Below, piece after piece: positions 1 to 12,345 of a stretch of 64,000 nucleotides of DNA. The position numbers and the translations under genes are program-made. The stretch spans positions 106,084,001-106,148,000 of the forward strand of contig NC_045697.1 in assembly GCF_009834535.1 (NCBI RefSeq), in the 5' to 3' direction. The notes beneath the pieces were generated by a model. That model saw only the letters and a program-made list of their open reading frames with translations, did no database searches and had not been told where the DNA came from. The DNA is from Camelus ferus. Taxonomy: Eukaryota. The stretch's first letter is position 1; every line of letters starts with the position of its first letter.

Positions 1-700
1 ACGGTTAAGCACAGTGGATACAAGTAGAGGGACCCTCGTTTGCAGGGCGCTCAGAGACTCTGGGCCTGGCCTGGCTGCACTGCTGGTCTGGGGTGCTGCT
101 TGAGAGTCAGGGGAGCAGCAGGGAAGCTAGAATCACTTTATGCGACTGGATTCGTACGAACCCATGGGCGCGAACTCCGTGGGAACCGGCCAGAATCAAT
201 CCTGTATTCCTTTCTTGCAACAAACCCGTTTCTTGGTTTACACTAGACACGAAATGGACTTCAAGACCTAGTAGGAACCAGGACCAGACACGTTCCTCTT
301 AAGGACTTAGAATCAAATCCCTGATTTCCCCAAGGACCAAACCAACTTACCAGGTGGGTGGGGAGAGATGGGTTGGAGGTGAAGTGTATCCTTGGACCCA
401 GGCCAAATTTGTAATCGCGAATCCATCCTACCAATATCTGTAAATGTGCTTTTCTAGGCTCCGTCGCTGTGAAGTCTTGGAGTGGCTAAACGGTTGTCAG
501 CGGAATTCAGTTCCGCTGCTCTTCGTGATGACCATGTGGAAGGTGACAGATAAGAGGGCAGGGCACACCCTCCACCTGAAATCAAACATTCTTTTTGCTC
601 TCTGCACCTCATCAATATGGAGAAGGCCGTGGTGGCAGAGCAAGGATTATGATCTAAAGGGGAGGAAAATACGGAGCTGCCCTCTCTGCCTTAGAGCTTC
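1..700. promoter_or_regulatory. CpG/GC-enriched segment, probable shore of a CpG island lying left of the window
   Basis: Many CpGs in the first 550 nt (e.g. TGCGACTGGATTCGTACGAACCCATGGGCGCGAACTCCG), against strong CpG depletion in the rest of the window; no recognisable repeat. Confidence 0.45.
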
Positions 701-869
701 AAAGTGCATATAAATAATTCAAAACTTAGATTATTAACTTGCTCCTAAAGTTAACTTTGGCTAGAAATCCAGCATGCCAGTATAAATAAAAGAACTTTTT
801 CTCAAAGAGAATCAGAAAACATGGAAAACACAGAGAGCTATTTTCAGATTTATTTTGAGCAAAGAACTC

Positions 870-3745
870 TAAATTCTTATAGATTATAAAAGTAATGCAT
901 GCTCCCCAGGTAAAAGAAATTTAAGGCAATACATGAGGATGTAATATGCCGCCCTCCTTTTCCCACTCTGCTCTCTTCTTCTGAATCCAATTCTCTAGAG
1001 ATAAGAACTGTTAACAATCTGATGGACAGCCTTTTGTAAATGTCTCTGTGAATTTACAAATAAACATCCCCTATCAAACTGAATTACAGTAGCTAGATTA
1101 TACAATAGAGGATATCCTAAGGACTTTTCATTTAGCAATTTACCATGGACCTTTTCCAAAATGGAATATGTAAATCTACTTCACTATTTTTAACCACTGC
1201 ATAATATTCTAGTATGTGCGTTGTAGCAAAATTTATTTAACCAATCCCTAAAGATGAAAATTTAGGTTGCTCCAAATTTCTGCATTTCTTCTTAAAAAAA
1301 GAACACAAACACTGTGCCTACACGCCCAATGTGCATTATATACTGTTTTCCCTTACACACTTATTCTTAAAATTGTAATTTATATTTAAAGGGGCGCTGG
1401 CAATTAAAATATTAACATACTGTTGACAAATCGCTCCCAAAAAGGTTATACTGAACTCATTTATAATCCAATCCAAGCAGTACTCTGAGTGTCCAGTTCC
1501 TTTACTCTTCCAGACTACAGAGTGCCAACCATTCTGTCTTTTACCAACCAGACAGATACACAGTCACGTCTCCTTGTTGTTTTAACTCTTATTTGTTCAG
1601 TGAAATTGAACATATTGGATGTTGGGTATTTGTATCTCTTGCTCCATGAGTTGCCTGTACATAGAGCCTTTCCTCACTTAAGAAAAGTTTTCTTTATCGT
1701 ATCGATACGCAACAGCTCCTTTTATTTGAAGGATATTATGCTCACTTCATGTGCTATATGCTGTGAGTACATTTTGTTATTAATATTTCTGGAGTTTCTT
1801 GATTCATGCAGAAGTTTTAAATTGGGATGTAGTAAAAATAAATCTGTTCTCTTCTTTATGATTTCTAGATTTTTTTTTCTCAGGCTTGGGAGATTCTTCC
1901 CTAATTCAAGAGTATCATAATAATCAGTTGCATCTCATCTCAATATTTCTACTAATTTTTAAAGAACCCTTAAACCTTTAACTCATCCAGAATTCATCCT
2001 GATGTTAATTTTGAAGTAGGGCTCCAATTGTATTACTACTTTTTTTAAATGGCTTTGTCACTGTACAAAACATCAGCAACTGAATAATTATTTTCCTGGG
2101 GATTTGCAATGTCACCTTTATCACACAGCGAATGCCAGTAAAGGTTTTAATCAGTTTGTTGATTACTCTGCAACATGGGATTATCTGTTCTCTTTCTGTT
2201 ACCTACACGATTTTAAATGTGGTAGCTTTACTGAAAACAATTTAAAATCCGACATGGATATTTCCTCCCGATTATTCTTCCTCTCCAGCATTTTCCATCC
2301 ACGTCTCAGATACTTATACTTTTAGATGAAATTCATGAAGTTTAAAAAAAGCTGAGTTGTGATTCACATTGGGATTTTATTTACTTTATAGATTAATTTA
2401 AGAAGAATTTGTATCATTACAGTATTGAATCTTCCTATACGAAAACAAGAGTTGTCTCTGCTTTTAAAAAACATTATTTCTCACACTTGTGGCTTATCAT
2501 GTGCTTACAAGAGGTGCTATGCAGTGTTTTCTATATCCGTAGATAATTTTGTTGTATCTTAACTGGAATAAACAACTGGAATATTTTTATTTAATCCTCT
2601 TTGCTGACTGCTTGTAGGCATTTGTGTGGTAATTTTTAACTAGTATCCAACTAAATTTTAAAAATGCACAGTATTTTTGCCTGATAGTATTTTTAATCCC
2701 TTCCATGCATGCAGTCATAATACAATCTGCAAATAATCTGCCCTACTTGAATATAAGCTTCAAGGGTACAACCAGCCCATAGTTGCTCAGTATCCACAGA
2801 TGACTGATTGATCCCAGGATGCCCACAGATACCAAAACCCACAGATGCTCAAGTTCTTTATGTAAAACGACATAGTGTTTGCATATAATTGATGCACATC
2901 CTCCCAGATACTTAAAATCACCTCCAGGTTACTTATAATACCGAATACAATGTAAATGCTATATAAGTAGTTGTAAATACAATGTAAATGCTATATGAAT
3001 AGTTGCTGGCATGCCTACAAATTCAAGTTTTGCTTTGGGGAACTTCCAGAAACTGTTCTCCCTAATATTTTCCCTTGGAGCTTGGTTGAATCTGTGGTGC
3101 GGATCTCGTGGACACGGAGGGCTGACTGTGAATTCTAACATTATTCTATGGCTGACAGTGGGCTCTCAATCAATACTTGTGGAATAAATGGAAGAAATCT
3201 GCATCCATTTCACATGTTTCTTCACTAGTTTTAAACACTCACAATAATAGTGGGCACCCCTGTTACACTTCTGACTTCAACTGTAATACTTCAAGTGCTT
3301 CCCTCTTCTTGACTCTCTAGTTGGCATACACATTTTCTGACGTGAGGGAAATTTCTATTCCTATTTCTCTAAGACCTTTTCTTCTTGAATCAGGAGTGGG
3401 TAATGAAATTTTTCAAATGTCATATCAGCATATGTTGAAACCCTCATTTGTTTTTTCCTCCTTTAACTCATTAATATGCTGAATATTATTAATGCCTCTT
3501 AAAACGTTGAATCAGTTTGGATTTCTGGGTTGAATCCCAATTGGCCATGGTGAATTATTCTTTTAATGAGCTGCTGAATTCTATTTGCTGATATTTTATT
3601 TAGAATTTGCATCAATATTTCTGAGTGAGATTGGTCCTTAGTTTTCTTTTTGGTATTTTTTGGACATCAGCAGTATGGGCCTCAGACAGAGACGTGGGAA
3701 ATTTACTTTCTTTCTTTCTTTGTGTTTCAGAACAGTTTAAATAGC
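870..3745 (-). mobile_element. Old L1 (L1M/L1ME-type) fragment, 3' UTR to ORF2 RT region, interrupted by MER2B
   Basis: Antisense L1 ORF2/3' motifs such as AATTTAGGTTGCTCCAAATTT, AATCCCAATTGGCCATGGTGAATTATTCTTTTAATGAGCTGCTGAATTCTATTTGCTGATATTTTATTTAGAATTTGCATC; T-rich plus strand. Confidence 0.8.
2778..3129 (+). mobile_element. MER2B-like Tigger (Tc1/mariner) non-autonomous DNA transposon
   Basis: Matches MER2 family (CAGATACCAAAACCCACAGATGCTCAAGT...GGTTGAATCTGTGGTGCGGATCTCGTGGACACGGAGGGCTGACTG) with decayed terminal inverted repeats. Confidence 0.85.
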
Positions 3746-5328
3746 AGCCAACCATTTCTGACTTGGAGCACTCCTCCCAACTCTGCTAGTCTGAAGAAAA
3801 GTTAATCTCGATCCTTTTAGGGCAAATCCTCTTTTTTCCCAGATTTGAGCATGTTGTCCTGGTATCTGACCCTTTCAGTTTTGGCAGGGTTTTGTGGCTT
3901 GTCAAAAAATCTTTTAAAATTACTATGTGTGTGTCCTAGATACACACGCTCTTGCATGCTTGAGAACCTTTTCCTTTCTTGTGCATATTAAATTTGAGTT
4001 TCATCCTGTGATTCTCTTTTCTGTGTGCCACATGTTTATTTTTACAGCTCTAGTTGGTATAAACATGTGTTGCCTTTTATTAAAGATCTTGATTAAACAA
4101 GATCTCTTTTTTTTTTTGCTATAATTAAACATTTCAAGAGATATCCACGAAGAAGATCGTGTGTCATTCAACTTCAATACATTTATTGCAATAATCTTGA
4201 AACACTACTGTTTATCCTTTGAGAGCTATAAGGTAAAATCAGAGTGGGGTGACCAAAAACGCACTGGTAAATGATGCTTCATATTCTGACATTGTGACAG
4301 TACGTACAGACACTGTTAAACAGACCAGACTATTTAAATCTGTTTGGGGATAAATTCTCCTCTACTGTCCAGGTATGGGACAGTAACAAGTGAGGTGATG
4401 CTCTCTTCTGGCATTCCATTACACTAGAATACTGAGGTCTTATTGAATATCAAAATAACAGCATTTTGTTATTGTAATATTGTTATTCTGGTATTTTTAA
4501 AAACCTGAAATCTGGATCTTTTCTTCCTTAAAATCTCTCCATAGTATTATACACCACATTAAGTTTTCAACTGGAATTAAAGTATTTTCCTTCCAAAGCA
4601 TCCCTCATTGTTTAAAACCCACCCAAAGCATCTTACTTTTTTATTCCAAGGACTTATGTTACCAATGAGGTTGAGCAAATTATATTTATTGTCTATTTCT
4701 ATTTTTTATGGAGTAAGTTTGGATTTCTTCTGCATCTGAAGGATCCCAAAGGGATTTAAGGAAGATGGGGGAAGCCCATGGGAAGAACTGGGAAGGACAG
4801 TGTAGACAGGAGTGGATAGAAGGTCCCCAGGCCCCGATTTAAGCCCTTGCCCTGTTGCTTGACTGCACCTTGCCTCCAAGACTGGATTCCTGCTGCTCTC
4901 ATGTCTTCCCACACAACCAGGTACTAATGTCTAAGTCTTTCCCTTGATTTGATAATTGATTTTAACCAAGGACTTCTTTCTAATTACCTGACTAAGACTC
5001 AGGCACTGAAGGACAGAAGGAATTCATCCCTGGATCTCAAGCTTTTCTTAGAGGGAATAACTTATGGGAACAAAGTAAAGAAGACTGTGGCAATGGGCAT
5101 CTCACTTTTAAAAGTAAGTATCAAAAGCATACATCACAGTATACATTTTGTTCTCATATTGAAATCACTAAGTACTTTGATGGACAAGATCAAATACTAA
5201 GTTTTTGGGCTTCTCTTTCCTGTATCTTCCAAGTAGTCTGTATCAATGGGTAAAATCCTATAGTGTTGACAGTGAGTTTGAGAGTAACTCAGGAGGGTCT
5301 AAGATATTGTGGGCAAATGTAAGCACTG

Positions 5329-5354
5329 CACACACACACACACACACACACACA
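5329..5354 (+). repeat. (CA)13 microsatellite
   Basis: Direct reading. Confidence 0.95.
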
Positions 5355-6349
5355 AAATCAAAAGCCAAAGTATTAACATCAGACAAATGTCTTTGGCAAA
5401 AGGAACCTATAGCTCTCCTGCAACTGTTGCATACATGATGTGATCGAAAAGGGAGATGTAACCAGTTACCTGACTTCAATAAATTCTCAAACGTAAGAAA
5501 ACTAAGTAAGAAGAACAGGGCATTAAAGTTATAAGGAAATGTTATCAGACCCAGGGACCAATAGCAGGAAGAGAGAGAAGGGAAGAAGGAGAGATGACAT
5601 GACTGAATGAAGGTCAGTGGACTGGAAGTTTCAGTAGGTTGACAACCAGTCTTGGTGGACGTTGGAACCTCACAGGAATTTTATTTGGAGAAGAGAGCAA
5701 CTGGTTGCCCCCGTGCACAATGAATGAGGATGAGTTGATCTGAGTAAGAAAGGCAACAGCTAGAAGAGAAAAGCATCTTATACAAATGTTAAATAGAGTG
5801 GAAGGTTAGTGGTTTGAAAGAGGCAAAGGGGAGCAATAACCCCACCACCTGTGACCAAAGTGTATGAGAAGCGAGGGGATAAACTGCTGCTACCTGAGAT
5901 TCCACCCACAGATGCTGGTCCTCGGGGCAGAGGTGGGTTTTATTGAAGCAGACAGAGAAGAAAGTAGGTGGAGAAATATTGGAGGTATGAAGAAAAGCTG
6001 ATAACTATGGAAAGATAGTTCCAGGGGACACGGAAGAGGCCTTTGGGAGTTGGAGAAAATTGAAGACTGTGAACATAAAGCCTTGTGGCAAAAAAGAGGG
6101 TGGTAGCTAATATCAGAGGTGTCAACTGACCAAATGCACACATAGGCAATGTGTTCATTTAGTCTCATTTTGAGGGGGTAGAAAACGTGTCTGATGCGCA
6201 GAGGCCTTGGCAGTTAAAGATGCTCTGTTGTCTGCCATATATAAAATCAGTATTCAATATTAGTGATGTAAAACCAGCAATCATACAGAAAACAACATAA
6301 TTTCAATGAACTCTCTTTTATCTATGACTTATCCATTCTAAGTGGGTAT

Positions 6350-7130
6350 CTATGACATCATAGAAATTTATGTGGTTTATATCTCTGGTTCCTTTGTTCC
6401 CAGCTGCTAAAACCCTTGGGATTTCCTGAGTGATAAGGGTGATAGGATTGTCTGATGTTCTAATGAGGTTACCCTTGTTGGGTCCCCAAACAGCTTCAAG
6501 ATGAGGGCTAGTTATCAGAAAGACCAATCCTTGATTAGAAACTTGGAACTGGAAATCCAGCTCCCCAACCTCTGGGTAGGGGAGAGGCTGGAGATGGACT
6601 TAATCATCAATGGCTAATGATGGAATCAATCATGTCCACTTAATGACAGCTCCATGAAACTCACCCCACCCCCTCACGGCAGGGTTTGGAGGGCTCTGTG
6701 TGCTGGGAGGGTGGCACACCTGAGTTCCAGAAGATCCTATGCTGGGAACCCTTCTGAATGTCATCCTATGTACTTCTTCCCCTGGCTAATTTATATTCTT
6801 TATAACAAATTGCTAAATATAAGGACCATCTTCCTGAGTTCTGTAGTCACTGTGGCAGATTATTGAACCTGAATAAGGGGTCATGGGAGCCCCTCATTTA
6901 TAGCCAGTTGGTCAGAAGCACAAGTGACCCAAGACTTCCAACTGACGTCTGAAGTGGGGACAGACTTATAGGACTGAGCCCTTCAGCCATGGAGTCTGCA
7001 CCAATTCCAGGGAGTTAGTGTCTGAATTGAACTGAATTGTTGGACACCTAGTTAATGTCAGAAGTTGAGAGAAGTCGTATCAGGAAAACACCATATATGT
7101 GGCATCAGGAGGAAAACAATCCTCTCTCAG
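6350..7130 (+). mobile_element. MER21-like solo LTR
   Basis: MER21 hallmarks (CTGCTAAAACCCTTGGGATTTCCTGAGTGATAAG; GTCAGAAGCACAAGTGACCC; CTGAAGTGGGG; GAATTGAACTGAATTGTTGGACACC); homologous to copy at 43.65-44.46 kb. Confidence 0.8.
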
Positions 7131-10100
7131 GTACTACTTTAGTCCTAGCCTGAACAATATAGAATGAAGTAAAATGGAATAAATTACCAGTTATACTGAG
7201 AGAGCTCTCTGGTTCCCCCTACATGGAAATTCAGCGATGGACTAATTCCAAAGTCAAATAGCAGCAGTTGTGAGCACAACGTAAACCAGACTGTGTGCCT
7301 AGTATTCTCTAAGAAACTGTAGTCTTCGTTCCTCTGCCTCATCCCTATAGTTTTGGTACTATTTCCAGGATTAGAGTATAATAATTTTATTTAGCTTGTA
7401 AATTTCAGGATCATTCTGAGGTCAAGCTTGTTAGCAGGCTTCTACTGAAATGGGTACCATTCTTAGACTGCACTGTAATATTCCAGAATACGGCCTGAGA
7501 GGAGGGGCTCAGGGTGCCGTCCAGCCGTATAAGCCCCACGTGAAATGCATGTATCATTGATTTCTATTGCATTTATGGTATGAATTTCAACTGATCAACA
7601 AAGATAGCTGCCTGAGCCCTTGAACATCTTTCTGAGATGAAATGTAAAGGAATGAATCACCTCCTCAGAGTCAAAAAGTGTGACAATGCAGAAACTGAGG
7701 GACTTCCTCCTACAGAAGTCGTCTTTGTAGATGATGCTGTAGGTTTTCATTGAAACATACATGCACTGTAGCAGTCAGTAAGCACTGACCACAACTTTGT
7801 CCTTTCTCAATTCAAATAAATATCCTGAAGCAAATCTTATTCTCAGATATTTTATAAGTAAAAAGTTCCTGGAATATTCCTGGGTTTGTCTATGTCTTTT
7901 GAAAGAAAAAGGAGCATGACAGTTTCAGTCTACAGTGCTGTGAGAGCGCATTTTCCTCAATAATTTTCCTATGCAGCAAATTTGAAATAAAGAGGAAAAT
8001 TTTAACCTGAGTATTTTCTACTTGACAGTGAATTATTAAACAGAACACATAAATGCCAATGTGAATCTCCTATGTTCATTAGAAGATTTTGGAGGACATT
8101 TTAAAAAGTTAAAATTAAATCTATTGCAATTCTACCCAGTCAACATGCTGACAAAAATTTTCCATATGGCAGGTTAATTATATATTTAAAGATAGAAATC
8201 CTTAGCACATAGACCTTGAAATTATCAAGAATATTTCTACTCATGTTATTAGCCAATAATATACTGAATTGTCTAAGCATTGTTCAGAATTAGTAGGTAT
8301 ATCTTAGGGAAAAAAAATTATGATCATTAGCCATGGTTTTACATTGAAAAAAGAAAGCTGAGGTGCTGGTATAACTTTCTTAATAAATGATAAGATACCT
8401 CTCCAATTTCTGTCACTTAACTATTTCTCCTCTATTCTATACTGAATTTCAATCTGTAACATATGCACTTTAAATGGGATGCCAGAGATATGTGAATATG
8501 TGAACAGGTGTTGCTGTTAAAATTAGAACAAGAAAATGAAAAAAGAAAGAAGGGTTTATCACATTTCAGTTCCACGTTAGCATAAAATCACAATGGAATT
8601 TATTTTTTGTTTGAGGTGGGTCATACGGCATCTGACTGATGACTACATTGCTCACACCTACGTAAATCAGTAGACTTTAACACTTCAGTGTGCAGTCAGG
8701 TGGGCAATGTATCAACTTCACTATGAAAAAAGGAAAGGGACTGGTGTTTTGAAAGGCACTAAACACACATACACAAAACAAAACCAACAACACAACAAAA
8801 AAGAACAAGAAAGCTAATACTAAAACACTGCTTAAAACAGTGATTATCTCTCATTAGCACTTTGTATTGTATTATACTAAGAGGTGAATTAGAATCTCTG
8901 AAACACTCTGAAAATATTCACTTACCAGGTATAAGGTAATCCACAAACCATGGGATACACATGCCCAGGTGCTTTTGGAGGGCTAAATATAAGAAATAAC
9001 AGTGATCAAGGTAATATAAAACTCTGCAGGTTATAAGAACTTAAAATCAAATACAAATTTAAAATCAAACTAAAACATTCCTAAAAATCACATAATATAA
9101 AGCCTTTTTTTTTTTTTGCCCGCATATTAACACTCTTTTTTTTTCATGTAAAATCGTTATCTCTGTGTAGTATGCATGCTACTCTAAGCTGCTGTAAATA
9201 AGGGGTATCTCACTTTTAAGTGTCCTACAAGGACCCTAGAGAAATTCCACACTCTCATTGGTTTTCAGGAAGAAAACTAATACAATAATTTCAATATACA
9301 ACAGGATGTTGTTTTGTTTTTCTCAGAGCATCTGATGCAACTGGACCAAATAAAAAAATCAAAGTATTAGGGACAGTCCCACCTCAATGGAAGAGAGTTG
9401 GTTGTGTTTTCCTTTAATACACAGTACTTCCATTGATACCAGACCTGGCAGCTTCTCAGAAATGCATGGAAAACGCAACAAATGTGAATCAGGTTTTCTT
9501 GTATATCTCCATCAAGCTTGGACCACTTCCTAGAATTCCATCTACTGTTAATGAAAGGACTCTACTGTCTCTCACAGCAGATACTCTTGCTCAGCCAAGC
9601 TTGCTGAAGTTTTGCCTTATGCAAAATGGCAGAAACATATTTTTCCAATATGTGCCCACCTCAATAAGGGACTAGCTTAGCAGCATAGACTCTAACTTTT
9701 CCAATCATCCAATAATTCGAGTCTTAAGGCTTTGCCAGTCATGTTGAAATGTGTTTGCTTATTACTATTTTAGAACATTTCCAAAGAGACATTTGTTTTT
9801 CTCTTTTGGAGGAGAGAGAGATTGGGGTGACTGCAGCATGGTGAAGAATAGAAAACCACATCTGCATTACCATTTTCTCTTTCTCTTATCAAGTGTTATG
9901 AGTATCTCCATGACAAGACAGTGAATAATAGATATTGGCAAAAAGTGGCATTTCCCACCAGATAACCCCAATTTAATACAGGATATCCTGGTCTCTCAAT
10001 TGCCTGATGAAAACTCCCTTTGGATGAAATAGACCATATGTTTTCCAGGATGAAAAACAAAGATGTGAAGGATTTGGTGGGAAGTTATTAGACATTTCTT

Positions 10101-10714
10101 CTAGGGATGAAGGAAAACAGCAGAAGCATCTTTGAACCGTCCTCTGAAGGAGTGTGTCATAACAGATTTAGGGAATGATAATCCAAGCCACAGAGAAATA
10201 TTTAGCTAATGGAAGAGAGAATACATTTTCTAACCATGAAGCTATTTAACATTTAGTTCCGTGGAGCTGAAAATTTATAGGGGAAATTCTTTAGCTTCCC
10301 TGCTAGGCTAATTCCCTGAGGGTGTCTCTTCAGCGCTTATCTTAAAACACACCACTGAATCTTGGAATGGTAATGATTTTCATTGCTTTTATGGGGATTT
10401 GTCAATTTTTTTTTTTTCAAGTTTGAGTATGTGAATTATTTATTTCCTCAAAATAACTAGGGAAATAGTCACAGATACCCTTCAACAAGTATTCTCTCAT
10501 TCTGAATTCATTTAGAAATAATATTTGCCTAGTACCATGGCATATACAACTATAAAAGTAAAAGTCATTAATAAACTGAAAATGACTTGTATACCCTGAG
10601 CACAAACATGATCAGTACCAGTAATTCTCATTAGGAATTGTCATCTAATATTGGAAATGCGCAGTGTGCCTGCTGTCACTACTAATCGATATTATAAGAT
10701 CTTTATTTCTTAAG

Positions 10715-11900
10715 TTAACTAACATGTATCAGGTGTTTTCTACACACTCAGCACTGTACTAGGCACTGAAGAACCAGAGATGATCAAGAAAAAAAAATCT
10801 ACAAAGTATAGTATATTGTAACGACTAATTTCGTTAAAGAGCTAAAGGTAATAAATCATCTTCTGATAAGCAGACATTTATTAAGTACCTAATATGTTCC
10901 AGAAACTGTGACTAGTTCCTGCAGATTTTACAGTGACTAAGAAAGACATGATTGCTACCCCCACAGATCACACAGTGTAGCATAAGAGGAAGTCAGTTTA
11001 AAATAATTGTGATGAAATGTGACAAATGCCGACAAGGAAGTGAAGATTACTAATAGGCGTGCACAACTGCCCACCAAATCATTTGAGGTAATCAAGCAGT
11101 GAAGACTTCTGGGAGGTAATGTCTATGTTGGGACCTAGAGAATTATTAGCAGTTACAAGGTCAAGGCAGGGTGCAGAGTGGAAAGGGAGCATTACAGGCA
11201 GAGAAAAATGTGAAGATGCTGGAGACCAGTCTTGAAGAGTGGGAGTAAGGAGAGCTGAGGATCAGGAGAAGCAGGGGCTGGATTGTAAAGGACCTTGATC
11301 ACTACCTTAATTGGATTGGTCTTTATTTTAAGATCAATGAGCACTTGTTTCAGGTTGTAAGTATAGGAACAATTTATCAAACTTACCCTTGGGAATATTA
11401 CAGTGGCTGCTCTGGGGAAAATGGATTGAGCAGAAAGCAGGGAGATCAATTAGGCTTTTGTAACAGAAATTCAGGTAAGAATAATGATGGTCCACACTAG
11501 GGCAGTGTGGGTGCAAAAAAAATGATGCATTTTAAAAATATTTAGAAAACACAATGGTGGATCTAAGAAACTGGTAAATGTGGAAAGAAAGTGAAAGAGA
11601 CAAAGCTAGAATAACTCTGGTTTTCTGATTTAAGCAACTAGTATGAAGGTGCCAATCGTATATCCAGGCAATCCAGAAGGAGGAATGATTTTAGAAGGTG
11701 GGAAGGTGGGAGTTGAGTTTGGGATAGGCTGGATTTCAGAGGCAGGTGAGCTCACTCTCTAAGTCCTAATATCTAATAGGCAAATGGTCTAAGGAAGGAT
11801 GAAAGAGGATTGAATTAGAAGAATAAGTACGGGAGTCAGGTACTCTTACACCAGTAGGATGTGCTATCATGGGAGCCAAGGGAAGAGAGTGCTCAGTAAC
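10715..11900 (-). mobile_element. L2 LINE fragments (two 3' ends, about 10715-10790 and 10870-11900)
   Basis: Antisense L2 3' end (CATTTATTAAGTACCTAATATGTTCCAGAAACTGTG; CAGCACTGTACTAGGCACTG) and body (GAAATTCAGGTAAGAATAATGATGG; CATGGGAGCCAAGGGAAGAGAG). Confidence 0.8.
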
Positions 11901-11909
11901 AGTCATTAT

Positions 11910-12345
11910 TAGAGACCCGCAACTCTCCACCTGCGAGCTTTCTCCCCCGCTGGCTATGAGTGTGCACTGGACGTAAAGGCAGAGCAGTTCTAAAAGTATC
12001 AAGGGAAGTAACAGCCACAAAAATAAAAAATCCATTACCCAGTGATATGTAGGAAACTAGTGGATAAATTCCAGAGCTTGCTTGTGCTTTTTAATTTCTT
12101 TCTTTTCTTTTTCTTTTTTTTTGCACTCTGAGATGTGTTCTACACAGTGTTCAAGAGTTTCCCAGCAGAATTAAGGCCGGGGTGTCTATGGTGAAGATAT
12201 ACTTGCTGTTCACCCTTTATTGCTTCTTTCTCTGCCTCATTTCACCACTCCTCCCCTTGTGTGTTCTGAAATCACCTGTGAAATTAGCTACTTCACTCAA
12301 ACCCTTGTCTCAGGCTCTGCTTCTGAAAAAACTAAACCTAGGAAA
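11910..12345 (+). mobile_element. LTR16-like 5' LTR of an ERV-L element
   Basis: LTR16 motifs CTCTGAGATGTGTTCTACAC and CTACTTCACTCAAACCCTTGTCTCAGGCTCTGCTTCTG...AAACCTAGGAAA, directly followed by ERVL internal sequence. Confidence 0.75.

Noticed and set aside
1489..1920. 143-aa ORF as a protein-coding gene
   Set aside because: Lies on the antisense strand of a decayed L1, GTG start, low-complexity hydrophobic composition
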